Position numbers and translations under genes: made by a program
Assembly: GCA_043228905.1 (NCBI GenBank)
Contig: JBHGNT010000005.1
Span: 806,001 to 870,000, forward strand
Length of the DNA stretch: 64,000 bases
Direction of reading: 5' to 3'
From: Azolla caroliniana
Lineage: Eukaryota; Plantae; Polypodiophyta
Shown: piece after piece, positions 48,789 to 62,118 of the stretch
How positions within the stretch are numbered: position 1 is the stretch's first letter
How the letters are laid out: each line of letters opens with the position of its first letter
The notes under the pieces: model-generated
Seen by the model: the letters and a program-made list of their open reading frames with translations, nothing else
Databases searched by the model: none
What the model was told of the DNA's origin: nothing

Positions 48789-50239
48789 GGGGGGGGGGCA
48801 AAGAGGAGAGAGCGAGAGCATAGCGAGAAGAGAATCTAGGAGGGAATATCGAGGGGTCATTAAACTTGATGTAACGACTGCTTCTTGTGCTATAAAAGGG
48901 GCGGCCTCAGACTGTTTGAGGGATCGATATCTTTGAGGAGTAGAAGACGTTGCCGAACGGGAAGAAGTAGCTCGCTCTCTCGTTTGCGTCAAACACCCGC
49001 GCACTCCCGGCCAGAGGTCCCCTTTTTCATATGTTTGCTCTAGAGCTCGAAGCTCTGTTCCCAGCTTTGACCGGTTGTATTCCCTGCGCTTCACGCGCAC
49101 GTCCTAACAACTATTGTTAATCTATTCTGTGCATGTACGTTGTTTTTCTTTCTACTGTGTCGTTCTCGTGTTGATATTCTCTCGTACTGCATTGAGTTCG
49201 AAACCTACGACCACCTCCTTCCTACTCCTCTTTGTCTGTTCACGGTGTTTGTGTGTACGCAATGCGCGGGCCTCTTCCTCCTTTCTCGACTCCTTGGTTC
49301 AAGACCCCCGTGGTCCTACCCCGTTTCTACGCATCCGCATGGAATACCGCGACACTATCTTTTAGAAGTTAATGGACATGCTTTCATATGTCCATCAAAG
49401 CTTGCGAACTACTACATCCCAACTCTCAGTATACCAAGAGGCAATTTAGACAAATTTTTAAATTGGCAAACATATGTGCTAACCTCTTTGCCCTAGGCAA
49501 TGTCTCATGGTGAGGGGGGTGGGCAAAGAGGAGAGAGCGAGAGCATAGCGAGAAGAGAATCTAGGAGGGAATATCGAGGGGTCATTAAACTTGATGTAAC
49601 GGCTGCTTCTTGTGCTATAAAAGGGGCGGCCTCAAACTGTTTGAGGGATCGATATCTTTGAGGAGTAGAAGACGTTGCCGAACGGGAAGAAGTAGCTCGC
49701 TCTCTCGTTTGCGTCAAACACCCGCGCACTCCCGGCCAGAGGTCCCCTTTTTCATATGTTTGCTCTAGAGCTCGAAGCTCTGTTCCCGGCTTTGCCCGGT
49801 TGTATTCCCTGCGCTTCACGCGCACGTCCTAACAACTATTGTTAATCTATTCTGTGCATGTACGTTGTTTTTCTTTCTACTGTGTCGTCCTCGTGTTGCT
49901 ATTCTCTCGTATTGCATTGAGTTCGAAACCTACGACCACCTCCTTCCTACTCCTCTTTGTCTGTTCACGGTGTTTGTGTGTACGCAATGCGCGGGCCTCT
50001 TCCTCCTTTCTCGACTCCTTGGTTCAAGACCCCCGTGGTCCTACCCCGTTTCTACGCATCCGCGTGGAATACCGCGACACTATCGTTTAGAAGTTAATGG
50101 ACATGCTTTCATATGTCCATCAAAGCTTGCGAACTACTACATCCCAACTCTTAGTATACCAAGAGGCAATTTAGACAAATTTTTAAATTGGCAAACATAT
50201 GTGCTAACCTCTTTGCCCTAGGCAATGTCTCATGGTGAG
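48789..50239. repeat. 725-bp tandem duplication covering most of the Gypsy 3' LTR plus ~160 bp of flank
   Basis: 48789-49513 is repeated at 49514-50238. The LTR end GCGACA is at 49354 and 50079. The breakpoint lies in the LTR poly-G run. Confidence 0.92.
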
Positions 50240-51163
50240 CAAAGCATTTTAGTTTGGCACTTGTAATAGAGATTCATGTACACTTTTGTGTGACTTTTTA
50301 CTAGAGCACCATGAGAAGTGTCCTAAAATTTCCGAGGGAATGTCTGTCTACATATAACAGTTACTAATTATGTGGGCCAATCCATGACAATCAAGTAATA
50401 TAACATGTATTCCATGAACATTGATTGAACTAGCCTTACTATAACATGGAAGGCCCATGTGGTGGCCATATTGCAGTTTAAGGGCATCCATTATTACTCT
50501 CATCAATATCCTTTGGATTAATTTGTGCATGGATGCTATCACTTTAGAACTCACAATTGAAGCTTAAGATGTTCTCATTAGATGGATGCAATGTTGTGTG
50601 TATGGCAAATAATGTTTGGCAATATGTATTGGGAATATACATATATGCTTGTGCATTTGACAGAAAGTTTTGGTCAAATCAATACCCAAGAAAGAAATTT
50701 GTGTGAATCTTTTCTAGATTGCCCACCAATCACTGACCCAACAACATTTGGCAATGATTTACAAACTCATTGATTGCAAAGAGAAATTGTGAATCCTATT
50801 AAAGATAGCTTGTTGGCAGGTATGTATACAACGCAATTAATTGTACCATAAACTGAGACATCAGTACAACAGCATTGCATAAATTTATTAGAGACAACAA
50901 CAACTGTCAACATTCACATATAATGGAAAAATGTTTCTTTGTATGGCCAAGTTTCTGACAAATGTCAAATTTGCCTTCATTTCAAACTTTCTTCAATTTG
51001 GGTTATTTGAAAACTGTCTAGATTGGTGCACAATGTTAGAACATGGAATTTTGAGCTTAATCAATGCCATTAAGTGCTTGGATTGACAACATGGAAAATC
51101 AAGTGTGGCTCAATCAATCCTATGAAAAGGGATATTATATCAAAATGATCATATGATCCAAAC

Positions 51164-52521
51164 TCAGACATAGCAAGGGGACAAATTAAAGCTGTGATTG
51201 TCAGTGGTAGTGTTGGTAAAATTGTGGTTAATAATGTTTCTGTTAGGGTTAAGGTGTGCAGGAGGTGGCAGGTTTAATGGTGATGGGGCCAGTGGGATAT
51301 GGAGGTGTTGGAGGAGGTGATCCTTCTCATGCATCAACTGCGACACCTGCTTCTGCAATCTCTCGTTCTCTTCCATCAATAGCTTGTTCATTGCAATCAG
51401 TTTCCCATTCACACTCTGCAGGCGTGTCGTCTCTCTCCTTTGCTTCTCCCTACACCTGTAATTAGCAGGTCCATCCATATCGGAAACATATAATAAATTC
51501 AATCTAATCCAATCCTATCCTATCATTACATCCATCATCTCTTAGATATTAACCCAAAAGAAATTTCATACACTATATAATCGACTGATCCTTTTTCCTT
51601 CATCCAAAATCCAATAAGATTAACATACAAATCGCCCATTATACTATATAATCCATCAATCTAATCAGCCAGTTCCATTTCCTACACCAAAACACCAGTG
51701 GATAGACTTTCGACTCACCGGATCAACGCAAGGAATTGGATGAAATTCTAACCACAGAAAATCACCCTTAAGAGAATATACTCACTAATTAACCCGCTTC
51801 AAAAAATCAAAAATCATGGACAAACCTACAACTAAGATGGAGACGTGATCGCATAAATCAACTGATTAGGCAGGCAGTAATTAGGGAAACACCACATGAG
51901 CTCGTGATTCACTAGTGAGCACGATCCGGAAATTAAGGAATTCACCTCCTATTTTGGAACCAGACTTTGATCTGTTGGGGGTGAATGTGGCGGAGCAGGG
52001 GATTGTCGTGGATGAGCTGCTGCCTGGTCACAGAGGAGGGCTTGGGGCAATGGTGGTACAGCACCTCCAATGCCTCCACCTGCTCTGCAGTGTACTTGAT
52101 GTACCTCAGAGTACTACTCCTGCTACTACCATTACTTAATCTCTTACCATTAGTAGCTGCAGTACTGTTGTCGTGATTCATCATCACCTGATGATTCTCC
52201 GCCTCATCCCCGCCACTGCTGCTACAACCGCTAATGCTAGGCCTCGCATCATTCAGGGGATGATGATGATGATGATGATCAGCAGAAGCAGAAGCAGCAG
52301 CAGTGGATGAATTGGAGATCAAATGGGTGGATGCGGCAATAATGCTGGTATCGTGGTCAATGTAATAAGGAGGCGCATCATCATGGCTGCTGTTGTACAT
52401 CATGAAGTCATGTGGGCAGCTGCTAATCGAAGGGCTGTTGAAGTGATTAGGGCTGATTAGCAGCAGATTGTCAGTGGTCTGTGGATTCGCATGATTAGGG
52501 TTGGAAGTGATGGTGTTGATC

Positions 52522-52556
<35 letters not shown>

Positions 52557-52646
52557 TGGCATGAGTTGCAAGAGCTCCTCTTCCTGCTGCTGCTGCTGCT
52601 TATGATGATGATGATGATGATGATGATGGTCATGGTGATTAAGCAT
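51164..52646 (-). CDS. Class III HD-ZIP-derived protein: His/Gln-rich N-terminus, homeodomain and leucine zipper, no START/MEKHLA (~330 aa)
   Basis: Exon 1 52646-51946 (..RYIKYTAEQVEALEVLYHHCPKPSSVTRQQL...QIKVWFQNRR), GT-AG intron 51945-51456 at the conserved NRR|CREKQ position, exon 2 51455-51164 (CREKQRRETTRLQSVNGKLIAMNKLLMEENERLQKQVSQL...NTTTDNHSFNLSPCYV*). Confidence 0.85.
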
Positions 52647-52830
52647 AGTTATTGGCTTTAACTATGGAATTAAGGATGTGCAGCAGGGGAACTAATTATT
52701 CTGCGCCTTTGGATGAAGAAGAACCTTCTGTGGATCATGCAGGAAAAAAAGCAAGCAAGCAAACAAACACTACTTACTTGCTTTTGTACTTTGCTACTGC
52801 ACAAAAACTGACCCCAGCTTTTCCACTCAT

Positions 52831-53660
<830 letters not shown>

Positions 53661-56550
53661 TCCATTTAGTGCCCTTCCATCATTGAGAAGAAGGCCTTCT
53701 CTCCTCCTCCCTTTATTAATCAGTCAAATGTTTTAGAGAAAAAAGTATTTTCCCCTCTTTCTTTCACTTCATAGTTTGTGCATATTATACATACCCACAC
53801 ACATATTATATATGTATGTATCATCATCATTCCTCTAACATGCTACTAGAGCCCACTTGTGGAACATTTAACACTTGTTAAATTTGGTGGGGGAATTCTT
53901 TGAACCCATCTTTTTTTTTTGTGAGGGCTATCTAACCCTTCCATTTAAGGAACACAATCCAAATCACACCTTTAGGTGTAACCCTCATAATCCTTGAAGG
54001 GAGGACAAATCTCCATCAATAGAGATAAACATCAAATGAGCATCTCGATGACATTGTACGGGAAGATGATTTTAGTCTTTAACAACGTGAGCATGAAGAA
54101 ACTGGGCAATGTGATCGCAAAGTAACCATGCTAGTTGTGGTAAACACAAGCACAACTGGAGGTGTTTCTCATTGCATAAGGGTCCTTTATCTCGTGTCTT
54201 GTCATCTTTGTTGGACCTCTCTCGATCGATACGTTATGTATTATTTTTCAAATCATACTTTGTACAGAAAGAATTCCTTGACCGGATTACCTTTCTATTT
54301 TTCAACATACCATCACGCCCACTAACTAAAAAGAGAGTAATAAGAAAACCTCGGACACAAGCTTTCTTCCATCATCAAAACAACAATGCAAGCAAACAAT
54401 GTGGGCTCAATTGCACATTTTTCAAAATGTCAAACGCCATATATTCAATGTTTTGCCTATTTTTTAATGTCCAATCATCACATGACATTACATATAGGTG
54501 CATCACATAAACACTGTTATCATCTAGCCTTTCAGGCGTGCCGTCTTTGTTATTGTTTTTGCGTTGTAGCAAAACGTAGAACAAGAAGAAGATTCTTATC
54601 ATAGATTGACATTTTCTTATCTCTAAGTTTCTACTTGAAAATAATGCGTTATATACTACTCCACACATCCTCACTAGAGTGAAGAACGAGATAACATATC
54701 GAGACACAACAAACATATGTAGATAATTTACTAAGGTTCATGGATATAATTGCAACATTTGTATAATCAAGTGACACATTAATTTTCAAAATAGTTCTCA
54801 CATGGAAATATATACATATACTGTATACATGTACACATACATACATACATACATATATATATTAGAATTAAAGTTATGCAATGATGAGTTGGAGAAATCC
54901 CAACTTGTAGACCTCAGGTTGATCTTGAAAAAACTTGACAACAAACAATGCTAATGTTTCAAACCTCATAAAACCTATATGAGGTCAACAAAATGGTGTA
55001 AGAGGCAAACAAAACCTACATGAGGTAACCTAATTGCTCTCTATAGAGAAGCAAATATGACATTGGTTACTATATATGTAATAAGCCATGATGAAATTTG
55101 AGCAACGTCTACTATTGATAGCGTGGGCATAAACCATCGAGTGATATGTTGGAAATTGTGACCAAGACATTCGTATGTACTTTGTTACCTTTTAACATGC
55201 ACTTCTTTTGCTTTCAAATTTACATTCATTCTCGAGGTGTTGTTTAAGGAGCTCACATGTCCTTTTACTTGTTTCCAAAGCATACAATACATTTTTCACA
55301 TCGCCTTTTCCATGATTTTCATTAGTGTACAAGTAAGGTATTCTATTGTTGGAAATGGAAACATATTTTGTGACAATTATAACTAGGCCTATGCTAACAA
55401 AAATAAGAGAAATCTTAGCATGTTGCATATTTCTTCAAATTACTTGTAATGTGTATATCATATATCATAAACTGAAGTGGGATATTGAAAATAAGAATAT
55501 GTAATTACTTTATCAAGTAAAGACTTCTTTGTAATATGTAATTTGTCTAGAGTTAAGGAAAGTAGTTTTTTTCACGAACTCTTAATATCCTTAATATACA
55601 ATGAAATGTCGAAGAATTATTATTATTTAAATATATACATTGCAAATATAAAAGTTAAGTAATTCAACAATGAACTGACGTAGACTTGGAGAGCAACATT
55701 CTTCCCTAGGGAAAGGAGAATGAAATCTTTGTATAAGTTTTAACCATTTCTTCAAGTAGCTAAAGACATTTCCAAAGTGTGCCACTTGTTTGTCTATAAT
55801 CATGAGTTACACATGGTTGTTTGAAAAACATTTCAATAAATGCATATTAAATAAAATTTGAAAATGGGCATGGGTATCGTTTTTATTCTAATTGATTCTA
55901 ATATCGAAATTGGCTATCGGTAAATGAAGCTTAGTTATTGCCATCCACATTCGATAACTATACCGCTTATTCGTTAAAGATGTTTAGTACGATGTTACGA
56001 CCTTGTTTAAAGCCAACATATATCGCTCATTTTCTAGTAATTATTGGATCATGAGTACAATTAAATTTAGTATGATATTTTTTGACCCTAGAATCTACTT
56101 TGGACACTGATGAGGTACACTAAAGTTAAATTGCTTCAGTGATACACAAGAAATCCCACAATTCTCAAAAACGAGCTCACAACTGGCCACAAAGCTTCTT
56201 TCACTTTCTTTTCACATGATGCATTCATTTGGTTAACATCTCCTTCAGAAGGGCAATGCTCTCATTTCCATCTTTTCTATTATAAAAACTGTATCAAAGT
56301 CAAAGCTATAAATTCATTTTTTTTAGCAAACATGCAAGGTGCGCATATGATCTCAAGGTGAAAGTAAGAAGAGATATATTGATAAACTGAACATCAAACC
56401 CACAACGTAATAAAGGAGAAGATCTACGATTGCTATCAATGAGCAATATGTTTGTTAGAGATGATTTCTAATGTAAGCATGAAATATGGAAATAAATGAT
56501 AGGTTGATAAGAGAAAGAGAGAGTGAAAGGAAGGTACAAATCCACCCAAT

Positions 56551-56925
56551 TATCATGAATACACGAACATCATGGCTTCATCCAAACTTGAACCCAAGTC
56601 CTTGTAATACATAATCAAGAAGCCAACCATTAAGATAGCCTATTGTCATATTAAATAATAAACGCTACTTTTGTAATATACTGATTATTGTAAAAACTCT
56701 AGAACATTATACCTAGGCTATTCTATAGGAACGTATAAATATAGACATACAAGTCTTCTCAAACCAATTCAAATCAACACTAGTCTTAAGCTCTCATCGT
56801 CTATCTTGTATCCATTCTCATTTTGTCTTAATACATACATAATACATTCATTCTTTTCTTATCATTTCATTCCTCTCTTCTTGTGATCTCTTTATATCTT
56901 TCTATCTTTTCTCCTGGTTCTGACA
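56551..56925 (+). mobile_element. Old solo LTR related to the chromovirus LTR at 10379-10860
   Basis: Ends TATCATGA (mutated TG)...TGACA, with a perfect CCAAT TSD at 56546-50 and 56926-30. Shares GGCTT..GAACCC, TATAAAT and TCAAC..AGTCTT.AGC blocks with the reverse complement of the 10379 LTR. Confidence 0.7.
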
Positions 56926-57292
56926 CCAATCACCCTTGAGTGAATGGATCGAGATGGACTCAAGCCTTGAACGACATCCCATACCACCGCTATGGCATTG
57001 AGTTGTACTTGGTACTAGCGCGCTTGCTACAAGAGTCTATTCACTACAAGATCATAGTCTCAACATAGTCGAATAAGGTGACTAATGAAGGTAGCTAGAC
57101 CTCTTATTTATAGTCAGACTTAAGACCCCAAGCCAAGTTCATACTTGGCCCTTATGGGTTGTCTCAATTCCTAGGATTAAAGGTTATATTCCCTTTCTTA
57201 CACTCTCAGTTAACCCTCACACTTATATCCTCATGTGTTGAATATTACAGTTCAAACTCCCACGGGATAAATTATGTTCATGCATGTAAAAA

Positions 57293-59724
57293 TGTTGGTT
57301 TATCTAAAGACTTGAAAAGAATTGTGTGCGGAAGCAATATAAGAAACCGAACAACAGAAAACACAGGTTTAATGGAAAGCTTAGGTTTGCACAGTGCGCA
57401 CAGGAGAGACAGAGAGAGAGTAAACACAAGAACTTAATTCAAAAGATAATACTCAATCTATACATAGGATGTGCTCAGTGAGCACTTTTATACAAGCCCT
57501 GACAATCGGGCTGACACAAGTACTAACAGTACTTGACTGCTCATAAATGAGCCTCGACTCTTACTCCCAAAACTATTCCTTATGAGGAATATCTTTCTAA
57601 CGGCCTTTCGGTCTACGCACCGATACAACCTTCCTACGCAGCGGTCTGCATACCAGTTTCCAACCGATCCGGTCCTTGGCTTGCTCAGCTGATTCAGCCG
57701 ATGTTGAGCTTGTCTCTCAACACTCCCCCTCAAGCTCAACTTGAGGCTCTTCGGGATCTTCCGGATCACCGCTTCGGTTCCTCCTGGCTCCACGCCTCGC
57801 TCGCGCTCCTCGGCCTGTTCGACTCCGAGTGCTTCGACCCTTCCGGTCGGCTTGTCTGCTCCCACGACCCTTCACAGCTTCCTTGCTGTCGTGGTGTTGG
57901 CGCTTCTCCGGCTTCTCCCCTTATGTTTGCTTTTGGACTCTTCTGCGAATCAACCCTCGGCTTCTTCAGCCGATCCGAAATCGAATTCGTCATCCGACTC
58001 AGTGTCGCGGTCTTCTCTCCCCCTCAAGTTCGGCACGTCGAGGTGACGCAACCCAAGCGCACCCGAGAATTGCCGCAACTTGTCCAGTCCAAGAGGCTTG
58101 GTGAAGATGTCAGTGGTCTGCCAATCCGTCGGAACATACTGAAGTTCGACTTCACCAGAAAGGACACGCTCACGGACAAAATGGTAGTGCACCTCAATGT
58201 GCTTGGTCCGTGCATGGAAAACGGGGTTCTTCGCGAGTTGGATGCTGCTAAGGTTGTCGCAGTAGATCGTCGTCGGATCGGACACCTCCACTTGCAGATC
58301 CTTAAGTAGCCGCTTCAAGCATATGGCTTCGCATGTCGCGACAGCCGCTCCTCGGTACTCAGCTTCGGTGCTCGACAGTGCAACTGTCAGCTGCTTCTTA
58401 CTACTCCACGCTATCGCGACACTCCCAAGAGAGAACGTGTATCCGGACGTGGATCGGCGATCGACGACGTTGCCGACCCAGTCGACATCGGTGTAGCCGA
58501 CCAACTGCAGGGTTGTACCGGTCCGATATAGCAGTCCCCGGTCCTTAGTGCCGCTTATGTACCACAGTACGCGTTGCGCACATTGAAGGTGCTCCTCGGT
58601 AGGTCGCGCCATGAACTGACTGATCACCTCGACCGGATAACTAAGATCGGGTCGGGTGATTGTCAAGTAGATAAGGCTTCCGACAATCTGTCGGAACCTC
58701 GTCGGGTCGCATACCTTGCCGGAATTGGGGCGAAGCTTGACGGTTCTATCCAGAGGAGTCGAGACGGACTTATAGTCGGCCATCTCGAATTTGAAGAGCA
58801 TATTCAACGCATAATGCCGTTGGCTGATCAGTATGCCTTCGGGGGTGCGAATCACTTCGATCCCGAGGAAGAAATGAAGGTCCCCTAGATCCTTCATGTC
58901 GAATGATGCCGCAAGCTGGAGCTTCACGTGGTTGATTTCACCTAGGTCGGCACCGGTGATGACCAAGTCATCAACATAGAGTAAAATACTGACCAGCCCG
59001 AGTCAACCTTTCCGGATGAATAGGGAAGAGTTTGATTTTGACGTTGCAAAGCCCATCCGACGCAGTCGATGCGTGATCTTCGCGTTCCAGGCACGCGGGG
59101 CTTGCTTCAATCCGTAAAGGGACTTCTTCAATCGGCACACTGCCGACGTGTTTGTTCTGGAGTGAAATCCAGGGTGCTATACCATGTACACCTGTTCCTC
59201 AAGCTCACCTTGTAGGAACGCATTCTATACATCCATCTGATGTAAGTGCCACCCCTTGGCTGCGGCTACCGCGAGCAAAACACGGACGGTCGTCATCTTC
59301 GCGACCGGCGCAAATGTCTCATCGTAATCGATGCCGTGTTTCTGTGCGTAGCCTTTTGCCACTAACCGGGCCTTGTATCGGTTGACCGAGCCGTCGGTGA
59401 TGTACTTGACCTTGTACACCCACCTATATCCGATCGGCTTCACACCCTTCGGTGCATCAACCAGGTCCCAGGTCTCATTTTCCACCAATGTGTGCATCTC
59501 TTCCTCCATCGCGGCGCGCCAATTCGCGTCCTTAGCTGCTTTTGCATAGCTCTCCGGCTCACGCACTTCCGCTACATGGGTCATGTACACATAATGATGC
59601 GCCATGTACTCGTTGTATCCGAACCGCACAACTGGGTTCTTCTGGCGGGTAGATCGGCGTAATCGGTCATTAGTCGATGTCGAGGTCTTTTCGGCCGACG
59701 CTGACTTCACTCTTGAAGACCCGT
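57293..59724 (-). mobile_element. 3' part of a Copia element (RT, RNaseH, PPT, 3' LTR 57293-57722), interrupted by a Gypsy insertion
   Basis: [67 protein letters not shown]; PPT GAGGGGGAG; LTR TGTTG...CAACA. Confidence 0.92.
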
Positions 59725-60113
59725 TGTCATGAAGAAAACCGGCCATAGGCGGAATCGAAGAAAAAGGCGCATGAACCGGCTCTTACGTGGGTGGACTGAG
59801 AATTGATATTTTGTGCATAGTTCATAATTAGCTCGGTTGATGTAAATACTAGGTAGTACACATTTATTAGGGGATTTGTGCGTATCTCTGTCAAAAGGGA
59901 CAGAGAATAAAGAGATTTGACTAGGGAAGGAGGGTCTCCCCTTGGCGAACTACTTAAGGAGGGAGAGAAGGAAGAAAAGGTATCGCACATTGGCGAGGAC
60001 GAAGTGCTGCTGCAGAACCGAGGGCCGAGCTCTCTTTCCTCCGATCGTCATTCTCTGTGGGTGTCGGGAGTTCGCTGCCTCTGCTTCGTGGGGAGCCGTG
60101 TGCTTCCAGCAGA

Positions 60114-60150
<37 letters not shown>

Positions 60151-62118
60151 CCCCCCCCCCCCCCTGTTTTTGTTTCTTCGAGTCGAGTGGCTGTCGTCTG
60201 TGAGTGTGAGTAGGACCCCGTGTCAGGTCCATTACCAGTTTGCCGGTTGTAACTGTTCGAGTTGTAAGCTACTGATTATAGTAATCGGATTCCTATTTCT
60301 TGCTCTTATTTTCTTTCTATGTATCTGCAACTCTCTCTCTCTCACTCTCTCCTTGGTCCAAGACCCCCGTGGTCCCGCCTCTTCCTACACGCGAACGCGA
60401 AACTTCGCGACATAATTGGTGAACCCGAAGTGAACAGGCGGCATAGGAGTCGGAAGATGAGGGGATCGGAGCTACCAGAGGCAATGGCGGTAGCCGTCGA
60501 CCGACTGGTGAGCGCTCGCGAGGGGACGGGTACCCTCGACAGAGCCATTGAATCGATCGTCGGCAGCATAGGCCGATTCGGTGGGAAGAATCCCACAAGT
60601 TATTTGGAGGCTTACCAGGCTGAAATGATCATGAGGGATATCCCGGTGGACAAGCGGCTGTCCGGACTCCCTCCGGTGGTGACGCCGAGCATCCACGCGG
60701 AGGTGCTGGCCAGATGCCAGACTTGGGAGGAGTTTGAGCTGCAGCTCCTCGAGAAGTACGGGTTTGATGACTCGCTTCGGTTGTCTAGGCGGGACTTCAT
60801 GGCGTGGGTGGAAAGCCCCGGAAAAGGGAGGAACACGTCGGCGCTCCTCCAGGAGTTCGAAAAACGATTCGCACGGCTGTTGACGCTGGACCGGACCGTG
60901 CTCGAAACGAGTCGAGTACTACTGTTTGTCAAGTCGGTGGACGCGCTCGACAGGGAAAAGGTGGGTCCCCTATTGGAGACGGACGAAGGGCTCACGACAG
61001 ACTGGGCAGTGGTAAAACGGGTCTGCAGCCGTTTCGACAAACGGCGCGAGTGGAGCGACGAAAGCTTGTCGGAGTCAGGACCGGTTCCGACGAGGAGGCT
61101 CGAGGAGCCGGTATCGGTGCCAGCTGGAAGGAAGGAAGAGACCCGAATTTGGCTGGAGTCGGGGTTGGCATCGAACGACGTGGTCAAAGGCCCATCCGGA
61201 GGAGCGGCTCTGGAGGAGCTGACACAGATGGTGCGCGACTTGCAGATCGCATAGGCCCGAAGAGACAACGACGAACAACCTCGCGACTGGAGGCCGCCGG
61301 CTGGGCAGCGGTGCATGTGATGTGACGCGATCGGTCACATTCGGAAGGATTGCGCGGATTTCGCCGATGCACTTAGGACCAACGTGGTGTACCTCTGGAA
61401 CGGGCGGGTGCACGCGAGCGAGACCTGGAGAGCCCTAGAACTGAATATGGGGCGCGACGGAATGAAGAGGTAGATGGAAGAGGCCGCGGCACGACATGTA
61501 GAAGCCGTTAACTACTCAGTGTCGGCAGGTATTCGGGGGTCGGGGATGATGAGACCTGGAAGGCGAAGGACTCCGGATTTTGGCCGCTAGTGCTAGAAGA
61601 CCTCTCCGGAGTTCGGCTGAAGAAGGAAGAGGCGGACCGCGCGGAACAACGGGTCCAAGAGGTCACCGGATGGGACGATCCGGTCGAAGAGAAAATGGCT
61701 TCGTAGAAGCCGCTTGCCAGAACTACGAGGTTCTAGTGGAAGACAAATGGGTAGGCAAGGCCGGAGGGGTCGGTCCCCCGCAGAGGTACGAGACCTGGTT
61801 CAGACCGAAACCGACCGGTGCCGGCAACCCAGGCGCACCGGATGGGAAGAAGTAGGCGGGGTTTCGGTTGAGCACCGAAATCGAGAGAGCAACGAACCTA
61901 CGGAAGGTCCTTGAAGAGCGGATCCTCGACAATAAAGTGGAGCTGTCGTTGCGGGAGGTGCTGGGAATCACCAAGAGGGAGTTCCACGACTCCATCGTAG
62001 ACTTGGTGAAGCGGAAGAGGCTCTCGACGGAGCCGGAACCGGAGAAGCCGGTGGAGGTGCGGACTACGCACTTAGAAGACACAACCCTAGAAGACGAGTT
62101 GGCGGAAACCCACTACGA
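59725..62118 (+). mobile_element. Trp-primed Gypsy element, 5' part (LTR 59725-60412, PBS, gag), interrupted by another family member
   Basis: TGTCATGAAG...CGCGACA; PBS TGGTGAACCCGAAGTGA at 60417; gag MRGSELPEAMAVAVDRLV...; sequence homologous to 3292-4070 and 38146-39730. Confidence 0.92.

Larger units (their letters stand above)
37303..49354 (+). mobile_element. Old, decayed full-length tRNA-Trp-primed Gypsy element hosting two nested insertions
   Basis: LTRs 37303-38099 and 48615-49354 (TGT(C/T)GTGAAGATTCCAG...ACA); PBS TGGTGAACCCGACATGA at ~38104; gag with CIWCDALGHAWRDC; PR, RT, RNaseH (RELWGIV) and IN (HESPW..HRG, VERGHGP, FRPY) fragments; PPT GGTGGGGATGGA; flanks CCGT/CTAT. Confidence 0.9.

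Noticed and set aside
29600-51160. Downstream START/MEKHLA exons or a miR165/166 site for the HD-ZIP gene
   Set aside because: No LLSIAEETL/PGMKPGPD-like coding or GGACCAGGCTTCA match was seen by eye. Short diverged exons could still have been missed without tBLASTn.
53900-56500. Possible genes or TEs in the AT-rich stretch upstream of the HD-ZIP gene (also 31100-33100 and 35700-37290)
   Set aside because: Only short ORFs without recognisable motifs or terminal repeats. These may be very old TE debris but could not be supported.
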